Shown: positions 11,250 to 24,881 of the stretch, piece by piece
Layout: every line of letters starts with the position of its first letter
How positions within the stretch are numbered: position 1 is the first letter of the stretch
Assembly (NCBI RefSeq): GCF_006345805.1
Contig: NW_021835868.1
Location: 1-38,193 of the forward strand
From: Octopus sinensis
Lineage: Eukaryota
Length of the DNA stretch: 38,193 nt
Direction of reading: 5' to 3'
The notes under the pieces: model-generated
What the model was told of the DNA's origin: nothing
Seen by the model: the letters and a program-made list of their open reading frames with translations, nothing else
Database searches by the model: none
Translations under genes and position numbers: made by a program

Positions 11250-12420
11250 ATTAGAGATGTAGTCTGAATCTTACCTGTTCCACTCCCCAAACATATATTT
11301 CTATATCTATATATGTGGTTGTACCTGCATCTTTTGTAAGAATACACAATAGCTTCCGTTATAACAGAATGGGTAAGGAGTATTACTCGGTAACGGTAAT
11401 GCTCCAGCGTGGTCTTAGCTTTGCTGGCTGAAGCCGAATCGTATGCACTAAAGAAATGAATAGTACGTGGATGGACAGATATGCCAAAAATAAAATAATT
11501 GGCATCAATAATGTAGTTGTTCCCATTATAAGTTTACAGATATAATAGGTTCTGTTGTTGGAGAGTAAGCTAAGTGAGTTAATGAGAAAAGGTAAGGACA
11601 ATGATGGCAAGCATTAATGACAGTAATTTGGAGAGCAGCACAAGAGAGTTGAGTCTGTGCAACTATATTTAACACTAACCAACTTAGCCGAGGAATCGTT
11701 AGCAATTTGATTTTTTTTTTCTTCGTTGTCGGATATTAGTAAGGAAAATAGGAAACCGTGGAGAGGTAACGAAAGAGAGAGAGGCAAGAGGGAGAAATTG
11801 ACAGGAAAGTGAGAAAGAGAGAGAAAGGCGTCAAGAGGAATGTGTGGGGAGAGAGACTTTTGGTGAAGATGGAAAGAGTCGGAGGGGGATAAAAGTTGGA
11901 GAGCAAGATGTAATAGATGGATGGAAGGGAGAGGAAGGAATATTGGTGTGAAGAAAAGGGGCGTATATATTTAGACAAAGATACATAATGGTGATCTCAT
12001 TGACCGATATAGGTAAATATGTGTATGTGTGTGTGTATGAGTGTGTGTGTGTAATTTGGCAGATATAGAGATTTTTGTAGAATATATATACGTGTAACTA
12101 TATATATTCAAAGATATACAAGTAACTATTTGTTAAATAATTACATAATTAACTGCATATATATGTATATATATATATAATATGTATGTATGTATGTATA
12201 TATATATATATGCATAAATATATGTATATAAAATTATAGATGTATATACATATATATAAATATAAATTAATATATATATAATATGTAGTATGCATATATA
12301 TGTATATATATTATATATATATATGTATATATGTATAATATATATGTATATATGTATAATATATATGTATATAAAAATATAGATCTATATACATATATAT
12401 AAATATAAATTAATGTATAT

Positions 12421-12460
<40 letters not shown>

Positions 12461-12864
12461 TGTGTATGTGTATAGTCAATTCAAACAAGGACTAGCAAGA
12501 AAAATCAACAACGCGAGGACGTGGTACAAGTACTGTGTTATTGGAAGCTCAGGAAAAGGACAGAAAGAGGATTTCGCGTATATACATACATGCATACATA
12601 CATATGCACATATATACGCGCCGGCGCATACACTCGCAAACACGCACGCGCACACATATTCCCAGACATTACTCATGCACCTGTGCCAACCTGGCCGAGT
12701 TCTAAAGAAATATTTGCATCGCTTTAATGTGATCGCGTGTTCCACCACGCTGCGCAGCATTTTAAGCAGGTGTTTTAATCTAACCTCGTGTTGATACAAG
12801 GCAGTCATGCATCTGCATAGGCATGCATTAGTGAATGAATACATGCACTTTGTATTACTTTAGG

Positions 12865-13006
12865 CATGTATATATATATATATATATATATGTATATGCA
12901 TGCATATATATACATATATATATATACATATACATATGTATATATATATACATACATACATACATACATATATATATATATATGCATGCATATATATACA
13001 TATATA

Positions 13007-13049
<43 letters not shown>

Positions 13050-13151
13050 GTATATATTATATATACATATATATACATATATATATGTATATATGTATAT
13101 ATATGCATGCATATATATATATAACACATATATATATATATTATATATATG

Positions 13152-13183
<32 letters not shown>

Positions 13184-13211
13184 CATATATATATATGTAT
13201 ATATATATGCA

Positions 13212-13260
<49 letters not shown>

Positions 13261-13290
13261 TAATGTGTGTGTATGTATGTATATATTATA
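12865..13290. repeat. (TA)n/(TACA)/(TATG) compound microsatellite
   Basis: Directly visible. Confidence 0.95.
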
Positions 13291-15084
13291 AATGCATTTT
13301 GGCCTTATGCGTGATGTTTATCAAAGTAAGTATGGAAATAATGGTGATACGAATTGTGTTTTTGCAGTAAATAGCATAAAATTAAAGTCGTGAATTAATA
13401 TGAAACTAGATTATGAATATAAGGAATGATACAAATATAATAAGCGGGATAAATATCCTTGAAGAATAGATTTTATTAGAATTACGTAAAGGAAATGTGG
13501 CCTGCATGAATCTCAAATCAGGTGGTCACGAGAAATTATTTAAAATATGAGAATTCAGGCATTTTGGATATGTTGGCGTCTGTGTTTATGTGTGTTTGTA
13601 TCAACGTATGCTTATATGTGGAGGTGCAACGGCTAAGTTGCAGGGACGCAAAAACACCAACAGCGGTTGTCAAGCGGTGGTGGGGATACAAACACAGATA
13701 TAAAAGTTATCGATAGAATAACTAATAGGCTTAAACAAAAAAAGTCCAACTCCTCTGTCAATTTGTTCTACTAAAACACCCTTCAATCTTGTGCCCCAGC
13801 ATGGCCGCAGTCAGATAACTGAAATAAGTAAAAATAAAATGATTAAAGATACACTCACGTACACGTGAATGCTCGGTTCGTTATTCGGAATTGTATTCCG
13901 AACAACGAACCGAGAATCCTCGATATTTTAGTCAGTGGTGAGGTTCTTGAAATAAATATATTATTTTGAACATAAGGCTTATTCGTTCGGAGAAAGAGAG
14001 ACTGGCTTAAAAACCCATTACTTCTTGCTGAAAATATCTACAGGGAATATTCAGCTGTGAACCCCTTACGAAACACCATTCATAATTTGTTTCCATCTTC
14101 AACCATGTCAGACATTTTTATTCGCGTTTTCAACACATACGTGCAGCTTATAGCTTTCCATTTGTTGATGAGAGAAGCGAGGCTATTGCTTCACATGTAG
14201 TCCAAGTTTGGGATTTGCTAATGGAGAGAGCAGTGCTTAGGCCAATTGGGAATTCCGAGCTAGCTGAAATGAAATGGTTTGTCAGACTGAAGATATAAGT
14301 GTTGGGAGGAAGTTTTTTACGTAATGAAATATTTACTAAGCGATTATCATTATACGGTAATATTGACAAAAATGAAAATTTATTGGAAAAAGCCCAAACA
14401 CTTTCTGTTATACGAGAAGTGATTGCCTTTAAAAATTACGCACAATTTTCCGCCGTTTATTTGTTACACGTTTCAGTCTTTGGATTACGACCATGCAGGA
14501 GCACCGTTTTGAAGGGTTTAGCGGAGGAAATCAATCCCAGTACCAATTATTTATTTATTTTACCTATTTATTTAGTTTTAGTGTGACTCTTATTATATAT
14601 CCCTCTCTCTTGCTGAACGGCTATGTTACGATATAATCGACTTAATCTGTTTGTCTGTCTGTGTTTGTCCCCTCTGTGTTTGGCCCCTTGTGGGTAGTAA
14701 AGAAATATATATGCACTTCAAGAGCCTGTACCTGTTGCGGTGCGGAAGTTTGTGTGCCTTACATAACACGAAAGCCATGCCAGTGGAGCACATTCTCCTC
14801 ATAAGGCTTCCTATGCTGGACTTGTCAAAGCATAGAGGCCAGAATATTTGGGCCATCTATTGTCAAATGGGATTTGTGTGGGGGCCAATTTCCCTACATA
14901 AAACCAAGCAAATTTACAGAAGCATCGCTGACAGTTCTAAATCCAAGACTTGAGAGAGGATGACACTCGTTCAGGGAAACATATCACGCAGGGACTCTAA
15001 ATCAGAAACGAAGCTGCGAAGCCAATTCTCCTTGTTGACCACGAAGATAAGAGTTGTACAAGAAGTGGGCGGGTAGTGCGGGTG

Positions 15085-15335
15085 TTAGTCGGAGGAGAGA
15101 TCCTGAAGCGCAAGTAGGAATGGATAGGCCATTCCTTAAAGTTAACCAACATCCTGCACTAAAGGTGAGACCCTCACCTGAATCCATAAGGTGGAAGACA
15201 GGACACTGTTAATAGCTGCAGGCGGTATACTGACCTCAAAAAGCAGAGAGCCAATTTGAGAGAAGCAGAAAAGATAGCCCTGAATATGAAAGAGTGAAGA
15301 AAATTCGTCGATCTCCAATGTTCTATAGAAACCAG
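15085..15335 (+). mobile_element. 3' end fragment of an RTE-clade LINE
   Basis: Translation from 15097 'EILKRK*EWIGHSLK', then 'LNP*GGRQ' and 'AEKIALN...RKFVD'; matches the RTE C-terminus IxxRKWxWIGHxLR...WNPxGKR...AxxRxxWRxFV. Confidence 0.7.
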
Positions 15336-15997
15336 AAGTGTTAATTAAAGCAAGTATAGTGTGGTATATGGTTTCAAGTGAACATTCTTCATATTTGTGC
15401 GTTCATGAATTGAATGAATGGAGCGTTATAAAGGGAATAAAAAGATGAAGCGTCGATGGTGTAAGAGGCGAGGTGGAAAGACATTCATTCTCAATTTACC
15501 CACTAATTCTGTCAAGAGTCTTTTGCTTCAAGGTTCTTCCAGTAGAAGCCCAAAGACATGTTCAATAATGTTACGAAAAGTATCTTATTTCTACAGCATA
15601 GATAAAAGATACACTTCAACGAAATAAACAATGAACATCCACTTGTATCGTCTGAATGGGAAACTATACACAAACCTTCATGACATCCGTCTTATCGCTT
15701 CATAATATTTCCTTTCTATAGTCACACTCTATCACACTCAATCAGTGTATATGTAAGAATATATATATACACACAAAGACCAAAGTCTACGTACGCTGCT
15801 ATATTTTATGTATAACAAATACAAAAATGGGACAAGAATGCAAAACATCCAGACAGATGTTACATAGAAAATAAAGACGGGTCATTTGGAGTTTTCATTC
15901 CTCAGTCGAGTTCCAGACTATCTTTGCAATTTCGGCTGGTTCTGATGAAAACTGTACTATATACATACATACATACATGCATACATACATACATACA

Positions 15998-16060
<63 letters not shown>

Positions 16061-16116
16061 CATTATTGGTGAATTGAAGAAATGGAGCTGAACGCAGATT
16101 GAACAGAAATCGTTTT

Positions 16117-16207
16117 ATTTCATTCTACACGTGTTTCGAAAGGCACAAATTACCAAAATCCGATTGAATAATGGGACCATATTGTGTCTTTCTCTTTAGG
16201 AAGAAAA
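16117..16207 (-). ncRNA. Hammerhead ribozyme motif, probably inactive (core CUAAAGA, G5A)
   Basis: Reverse complement reads cCUAAAGA-GAAAGACACAA...UUGUGCCUUUC-GAAA-CACGUG-UA-GAAUGAAA; same as the 17218 motif except G5>A. Confidence 0.7.
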
Positions 16208-17217
16208 AAAAGGAAATCCGTTGGAAAAACAAAAACAGAACAGAGGCGGAGCAAAAAACAAATCGAACTGTGCTCCTAAGAGCCCATGGCGAAACTGTTT
16301 ATCAGTGTATGTTGAGAACCGGTGGCTGAAGAATTCACGGGTCAGGCATCGGTCAATCATGTGGGTGAGGGTGTATAGATGTTCTTTGTGACCGAGAATA
16401 AAGTTCTGACTATTTAAGGAATATTGGATGTTTTATAAGGGGCGAGAAAAAATCTACTTAGAGGTGTGTGTGTGTATACTGTTCTATATATGTGTGGTTG
16501 GCGTGGGGTAGGTAGAAAACATTTTTTGTGTACGTATGTGCGTTTGATCGTTCGGCTGTCAGTGGCTACTGCCGTGATAACCGTTGGGTGGCAGAAAGAA
16601 AAAAATAATATAAAATTAAAAAAATAAAATAAAAAAAATTTAAAAAAATAAAAAAATATATATATTATGTTTTATATGTGTGTGTGTTCATCTAAGCCTG
16701 CCTTGTCAAGGAAACCCCCCGCTGTGAAAAAACCAAGCCCCGTTTGTCTTACAGGAGTAATTCCCCTTGCAGTGGTTAATCGTAGATATCTTAAATATAT
16801 ATTTTTTTTTATTTTATATTATTTTTATCTTTCTGCCACCCAACGGTTATCACGGCAGTAGCCACTGACAGCCGAACGATCAAACGCACACACGTACACA
16901 AAAAATGTTTTCTACCCCTACGCCAACACACACATATATAGAACAGTATACACACACACACGTCTCTAAGTAGATTTTTTCTCGCCCCTTATAAAACATC
17001 CAATATTCCTTAAATAGTCAGAACTTTATTCTCGGTCACAAAGAACATCTATACACCCTCACCCACATGATTGACCGATGCCTGACCCGTTGAATTCTTC
17101 AGCCACCGGTTCTCAACATACACTGATAAACAGTTTCGCCATGGCTCTTAGGAGCACAGTTCGATTTGTTTTTGCTCCGCCTCTGTTCTGTTTTTGTTTT
17201 TCCAACGGATTTCCTTT

Positions 17218-17305
17218 TTTCTTCCTGAAGAGAAAGACACAATATGGTCCCATTATTCAATCGGATTTTGGTAATTTGTGCCTTCGAAACACGTGTAGAA
17301 TGAAA
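17218..17305 (+). ncRNA. Type I hammerhead ribozyme (Penelope-type, palindromic minimal stem III)
   Basis: CUGAAGA 17225-17231; stem II GAAAGACACAA (17232-17242) with UUGUGCCUUC (17276-17285); GAAA 17286-17289; palindrome ACACGUGU 17289-17296; GUA triplet with predicted cut after 17297; stem I UUUCUUC with GAA(U)GAAA. Confidence 0.78.
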
Positions 17306-17768
17306 TAAAACGATTTCTGTTCAATCTGCGTTCAGCTCCATTTCTTCAATTCACCAATAATGTTTTAATTTCAATTATCCGCACCAACGCACGGTTGCAA
17401 CGCCAGATGGTTGTACCTCCAACCGTGCTGTTTACTGCTGTGATTTTTGCTACTAAGGTATCGGTTAAACTTTTGATTAATCTACTACAAGATTATTCAT
17501 CTTTCTATTTCACATAATATATATATAATATATAGATACTCAATGCTCCAAATGAAAACACAGTACGAACATATTCATTACATTAGCGTATCTTTCTCTT
17601 TCTTTCTCTATCTCCTTCGCTGTCTCTCACTCTCTCTTTTGTCTCTCTTTCTGGCATTCTCAAGCACAACCAATTGTTCTCTCCTCTTCTCGCACACGGA
17701 CGTTACACCACACATGATACATACGCGCATACATACATATACACACACATGCACATACACACACATAT

Positions 17769-17826
<58 letters not shown>

Positions 17827-17859
17827 TATATATATAATACATATATATATATGTATGTG

Positions 17860-17901
<42 letters not shown>

Positions 17902-18261
17902 TATGTATGTATATATACATAGGTTTTTATTCAAAACAGAATTTATCTCCGGAAAGAAGTTTCTTTTGTAGGGATGCGCTATCGAAGCGGGCACCAATTT
18001 TGCTCTGCTATCGATTGATCATTCTGGATATTATTCTCGTGTTTATGTACAAATGTTCTTGGTTGGTTTCCATTACCATTTAAGTACTTTTCACTTCCGA
18101 AAGTCCACTTGTCTCTATCTCTATGGAGATGTCATTCTTTTCTATATAGGAGAAATAATTAATTTAAGAAAGTTTTAATTGAATGCTCTATGATTAAAAA
18201 GCGATTATTCTATGTATACACTTTGCTTTCTTTAAACTATTCATTATATATATGTATATAC

Positions 18262-18304
<43 letters not shown>

Positions 18305-18450
18305 CCCATGTGTTTATGTGTATATGTGTGCATGAGGGTGAGTGTGTATATCTATATAAATATACATAAATATATGGATATTCGTACGGTGAATTTTATT
18401 TGTATATTGCGTACGTTTCCTGTAAATGAATTATATATGTGTGTATGTAT

Positions 18451-18492
<42 letters not shown>

Positions 18493-18719
18493 GCATATAT
18501 ACATACCTAAATGTGTTTGTGTATACATGTATACACATACATATATATATGTGTGTACGTGTATTTATATATGTATATATATATGTATGTGTGTGTATAA
18601 ACATATATATACATAGAGGTGTGTGAACATGTATATACGTACGTATATATATCTATGTATATATGTGTGTGCCTATACACACATTTACAAAACAAAGATT
18701 GAAATAGACTAATAGTTGT

Positions 18720-18798
18720 GTAGATAGATAAAAAATAGATAAATATATAAATAGATTGATAGATTGATAGATAGATAGAGAGATAAATAGATAGATAA

Positions 18799-18887
<89 letters not shown>

Positions 18888-18947
18888 GATGGATAGATAG
18901 ATAGATAGAGATGGATAGATAGATAGATAGATAGAAAGATAGAGATG

Positions 18948-19006
<59 letters not shown>

Positions 19007-19044
19007 GGATAGATAGATAGATAGATAGACAGAAAGCTAGATAA

Positions 19045-19120
<76 letters not shown>
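18720..19120. repeat. (GATA)n microsatellite
   Basis: Directly visible. Confidence 0.97.
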
Positions 19121-19121
<1 letters not shown>

Positions 19122-19409
19122 CCTGTATTTACCATTTCCGATAGGTCAATTCGAATGGCGAACTTTGTTATTTCTGAATGTCAAAGTGTCAAAACGCGTT
19201 TTACTCGAATCATTGTTTTTCATAAAACCCTAACACATACATGTGTGCATGTGTGCATGAGGCGCGTGTATGAACGGATGCGAATGCATTCATTTTTCAA
19301 CCAATAAACAACCCGCATATGAGTGTGTGTATGTATCTGCGAATCTACATACGGATCCATCTTTTCCTCTTTCTGTTTCTTTCGCTCCTACTCTCTGTAT
19401 TTCTCTATC

Positions 19410-19624
19410 GTTCTCTCTGTATACACACACACACACACACACATACACGTATATATGTATGTGTGTATGAAACAAAACGCAAGTATATATGTATACATAT
19501 ATATAATTGTATATATATACATACGTGTATATATATATATATATGTGTGTGTGCGTGTGTGTGTAGATATATACATATTACATCATGTATATATATACAT
19601 ATACATATATATATATACGTGTAC

Positions 19625-19656
<32 letters not shown>

Positions 19657-19696
19657 ATACATATACATACATATATATATATATATACACATATAC

Positions 19697-19747
<51 letters not shown>

Positions 19748-19780
19748 CATATTTATATAAATACATATATATATATGTAC

Positions 19781-19849
<69 letters not shown>

Positions 19850-19850
19850 C
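19410..19850. repeat. (CA)/(TA) compound microsatellite
   Basis: Directly visible. Confidence 0.95.
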
Positions 19851-20585
19851 ATGTAGTCACTTATATATTTATACTACTATGTATGTATACACTTATATAC
19901 ACGCTCACACACTTCTACATACACGCTGAAACCCATGCGTGCATATTTCTCTGTATTGTTCATACGTGTGAGGCTTGCGAGTGAGGAACGTGTGAAAGAT
20001 GCCAGAGAACCACCAGAACAGAAGAATTGTAAGGATTTTTACTTCGGTTATGGCGGGAAAGAATATAGAAATTGCTCAGTCAGTGATTTTTATTAGAGAG
20101 TTCCTTAAGTGGAAACAGGTTTAAGAAGCAACTGATTCGCCAATGTTTGACATTTCGCGCGTTTTATCTTTTTCTTTTTTTTTTTGCATAAAATCCTCTC
20201 ACCGCAACCCCAGAATCCGCTTTTATAATTTTGTTGTTTTTTTTTTTGCTTTTTTGGAATTACTCTTTCCAAGATTGTTCGTAAATATCGATGCTGTTTT
20301 TGTTCTTGATGTCGTTGTTGTCGTCGTAGTCGTTGCTGTTGTTAATATTGTCGGTTGTAGTGATGGGGATGCCGTTGTTAGATTTGCTTCTAGTGTCGTT
20401 CTTGGATGGTGACGATAGTGATGATCCTGTTGTTGCCGTATGTTATTGCTGTTGTTGTTATTGGTGTTGTTGTTGTTCCTGGTGGGGATGGTGTCGTTTG
20501 CAGTAATGTTGTATTTGGTGCTCTTATCGTTGGCATAATTCTTGTTGTTGTTATTGATATCGTTGTTGCAGTTTGTAACGTATTT

Positions 20586-20998
20586 TTTCTTTATATTGCC
20601 CACAAGGGGGTTAAATATAAAGGGCACAAACAAAGATAGGCAAACAGACTAAGTCGATTACATCGACCCCAGTCCGTGACTGGTACTTCTTTAATCGACC
20701 CTGAAATGATAAAATGCAAAGTCAACCACGGCGGAATTTGAACTCAGAACGTAAAGACAGACGAAATTCCTATTTCTTTACTACCCACAAGGGGCTAAAC
20801 AGAGAGAGGACAAACATGGACAGACAAACGGATTAAGTCGATTACATCGACCCCAGTGCGCAACTGGTACTTATTTAATCGACCCCGAAAGGATGAAAGG
20901 CAAAGTCGACCATGACGGAATTTGAACTCAGAACGTAACGCCAGACGAAATAGCGCTAAGCATTTCGCCCGACGTGCTAACGTTTCTGCCAGCTCACC
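20586..20998 (-). mobile_element. SINE family A, dimeric (internal tandem duplication)
   Basis: Two core units (~20660-20765 and ~20845-20950); one complete head ending 'ctgccagctcacc'; unit junction 'gaaataggaatttcgtc' on the minus strand. Confidence 0.9.
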
Positions 20999-21002
20999 AC
21001 CT

Positions 21003-21031
21003 TAATAATAATAATAATAATAATAATAATG

Positions 21032-21070
<39 letters not shown>

Positions 21071-21540
21071 TTGTCGCTATTATGGTTTTTGCGGTGGGTA
21101 TTGATGTTGCTGTTCTTGTTGTCGATATTATTTTTGCTGATGTGGTCGTTGTTGTTATTCCTTTTGTTATTGTTGTCGCTTGTTGTTACAAACGCTGTCA
21201 CTGCTGTTGTTATTGTTGTTCTTGTCGTTGTTGTTATTGTGGCCGCTATTGAATGTTATTATTGTAAAACTTATTACTGTTGACGTGGTCGTTGTTAATC
21301 TTATCGTTGCTATTGCGGTTGCTCTCGTTATTGTTGCTGTCGACTGTTCTTAAAACTGCTGTCACTACTGCCGATGTAGTTGTTATTGTTGCTGCTGTTG
21401 TCGATAACATTGTGCTTAATCGTGTCGTTCCGATGTAGCAGTTACTGCTGGCGTTGTCGTTCGTGCGGATGTAGTTACTGGAAGTGATGGATGTTCCTTT
21501 ACCACTGATGACCCAGTTATTGTTGTTACCGTTGCCGATG
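21003..21540. repeat. (AAT)n followed by degenerate (GTT/GCT)n simple sequence
   Basis: Directly visible; a similar degenerate tract lies at ~20290-20580. Confidence 0.85.
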
Positions 21541-23399
21541 CTAGCCCTAACAGTTTCTATATCTGCATTTCTTATTTTTTATGGTACAGCTGTTAGAAAT
21601 GATGGATGAGCATAGTGCTGTTTATAATACTGATGATGCTGTCCTTCGTAGTCATGTTATAGCGGTGGAGATGAAAACCGCCATTTTGTTAATGTAGCAT
21701 GGTCGGCGGTGACCGTGGCAGAACGGACTTAATGTATTTAGTTCCCTCTAAGTTATTTCACTCAAAGTATTGTATTAGATACTTAGACAAGGCTTTTAGG
21801 TTTTAGGGCCGAGAATTTGAGAATTTATGGAATAAATATTATTAGGTTTGATAGCTGCTATTGTGCTTTATGTTTTATCTCAATCGCACTGTCATTGTTG
21901 GAGGGATATAAAGATGGATATATAGAAAGTTAGATAAACAGTTAGATACATATATACACACATATATTGTATATATATATATATATATGTTGTGTGTGTG
22001 TTGTGTATGTTGTGGTGTATGTATGTATGTATGTGTATATATATATATATATGGTGTGTGTGTACAAAACATGTACACATATAAATAAATATATAATATA
22101 AACAACACACATATATAATATATATATATATATATAATAAATATTATATATTATATAAAGTTTATGCATTTAGGATAAAATGCTATGTATACACTTATAG
22201 TCACATATAAAAAATATCGTATTATATAAGCACAGAATATATATAAACACACACATACACACACACACACATATATATATATCCATACACATACACACAG
22301 GTATCAATCAATATACATATTTGGCTACACACAAGCAGTGATGTGTGCTAATGTATATGCATGTATGTATGTGTATGTATGTACGTTTGCATTTATATAT
22401 GTATGTGTGTGTGTGTGTGTTCAGTGCTTCAAACGAAAACTTAGCACGTACACTCTGTTCGTATTCATTACATTAACGTATCTTTCTTTTTCTTTCTCTC
22501 TCTTTCCCACCACTCTCTCTCTCTCTCTCTCTCTCACTGTCTCTCTGTCTTGTCTCCTTCTAAAATTCTCATGCGCAACCATTTGTTCTTTCCTCTTTTT
22601 ACACACGAACGTTCGGTCACAATACGCACATATATACACTCACAGATACACACACACATACAAACAACACACACACAAACACACACACACCACACACATA
22701 TATATAATAATATATATATATATATATGTTTATTTATATATGTATATATATATATATCTATATAATATACATATATATAGATTTAATATATATTTATATA
22801 TATATATGTAATATATATATACATAAGCAAACATATATATATATTATTATATATATATATATATATATTAAAATATACCCACATATGTGTTGCACATTGG
22901 GTGACATCTTTTTTCTCCATTCAAATATATCACATAGCCGCACACGTACTGACATGACACGTAGTCATACACTCACTCACGCATGCAGATATGCACACAC
23001 ACACACACACTCATATACACACGCGCGCACGCGCATATATATGTATATATGTATTTACACATACATACACACGCACATTCACTCACCATCACAGAAGCTG
23101 ATAGAAGTAAATACAGAGACATATGCAAACATATACGTGTATCGGAAATCCAACCCGTAAACACCATTTAGAACTACAAATATGTGTGGGGGGTGTTTTC
23201 TCCGTGTTTGCATTTGTGTATGTGTGTGTGTGAGTGTGTGAGCGTGTGTGTCAGTGCGTTATTCCTTAAACATGCCTACATATGATATATATTATGAATC
23301 AGTGATATACACATAAGTATATACCAACTTCGTATCCATTTCACACATATAGAGCCCCAGATCCGATGAAAAGATATATGTATCTATACGGATAGGTAT

Positions 23400-23462
23400 A
23401 AGTTTGAGGTTATATATATATAGAGAGAGATAGATAGAAAGACAGAAAAATAGATTGACAGT

Positions 23463-23526
<64 letters not shown>

Positions 23527-23650
23527 CAGATAGATAGAAGTAGGTAGGCTGATAGATAAACAGACAGACACACAGACAGATAGATAGATAGATATATTGA
23601 TAAATACATACATACATATATACATACATGCATACATGCATAGAGAGATG

Positions 23651-23686
<36 letters not shown>

Positions 23687-23830
23687 TAGACGTAAATATA
23701 TATATTATATATGAATAAAATTATCGAGCATACATTTATGTGTGTGCAAATCTACATATGCACATGTACATATATATACATATATATATACATATATATG
23801 TGTGTGTGTGTGTGTGTGTGTATACATAGC
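23400..23830. repeat. (GATA)n/(TACA)/(TG) compound microsatellite
   Basis: Directly visible. Confidence 0.93.
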
Positions 23831-24379
23831 TGCGCACCTACACTGATAGTTCCATGTAGTGACTCACCCATACGTACCCCCCATAATGCGTGTAACATTT
23901 TCCCAGCACACTTCAAATACAAAACCCGTGGAATTATGCCCCCTTCCCCGCACTGCGCCTCGCTGACACAAAATACATTCACGTATACACACATACACAC
24001 ACACAAAATTCATATCCATGCACGCTAACGATCACAATCACACGTAGACATCAGCAAACGCATTCATATACACGAAATGAGAAATGTGCTTACTCGCATA
24101 CATAGGAAGACGCAACGTAGACACGCACATAGCAAATATAGACCACGGAAGAAAAAAATAAAGGAAAAATGAAAAGAACAAAATGGTGGAATATACAGCA
24201 AGCAATAAATAGATGGCGTCACGTGACGACAGTGAACACAATGGCCTCTGTAAACGCTAAAATCACAAAGTGAAGTTGGCGTGAACAATATAAAAATATT
24301 CTCTTGTTAATATCGGATTGCATTAAACACTTCCATCAAACATTTAAGAAATTTTTCCTTCGCGTTGACTTCCTTGTAT

Positions 24380-24437
24380 TTGTTGCTGCTGTTGCTCTTC
24401 TAATTTTTCTTGTTGTTCTTCTTCTTCCAGTTCTCAA

Positions 24438-24483
<46 letters not shown>

Positions 24484-24585
24484 GCTGCTGTTGTTGTTAC
24501 TGCTGTTGTTGATGGTGGTGGTGATAGTGGTTGTGTTGCTCTTGTTTTTGTTCTCATTGTTATAGTAGTTGTTCTTCTTCATTGA

Positions 24586-24630
<45 letters not shown>

Positions 24631-24772
24631 CATTATTATTATTGTTATTATTATTATTATTTTTATTATTGATATTATCATTATTGTTGTTATTATTATT
24701 ATTTTTTTATTATTATTGTTATTTTTTTATTATTATATTATTATTATTAGTAGTAGTAGTAGTTGTAGTAGC

Positions 24773-24815
<43 letters not shown>

Positions 24816-24818
24816 CTA

Positions 24819-24880
<62 letters not shown>
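24380..24880. repeat. (ATT)n then (AGT)n microsatellites
   Basis: Directly visible. Confidence 0.95.

Positions 24881-24881
<1 letters not shown>

Larger units (their letters stand above)
16059..17364. mobile_element. Long inverted-repeat pair (~565-bp arms, ~175-bp spacer) resembling inverted Penelope-like pseudo-LTRs
   Basis: 16059-~16625 is the reverse complement of ~16801-17364 with only scattered substitutions and indels; each arm has an HHR motif followed by AATAAA near its outer end; the left end abuts (TA)n. Confidence 0.85.

Noticed and set aside
14100-14300. Protein-like open frame (YSFPFVDERSEAIASHVVQVWDLLMERAVLR) as a possible host exon
   Set aside because: No recognisable family, ambiguous splice sites and no partner exons; needs RNA-seq or TBLASTN.
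15880-15955. CTGATGA (15942, plus) and CTGAGGA (~15900, minus) in a repeat-like segment
   Set aside because: The plus motif runs into a microsatellite with no GAAA; the minus motif lacks GAAA and stem I. At most a decayed remnant.
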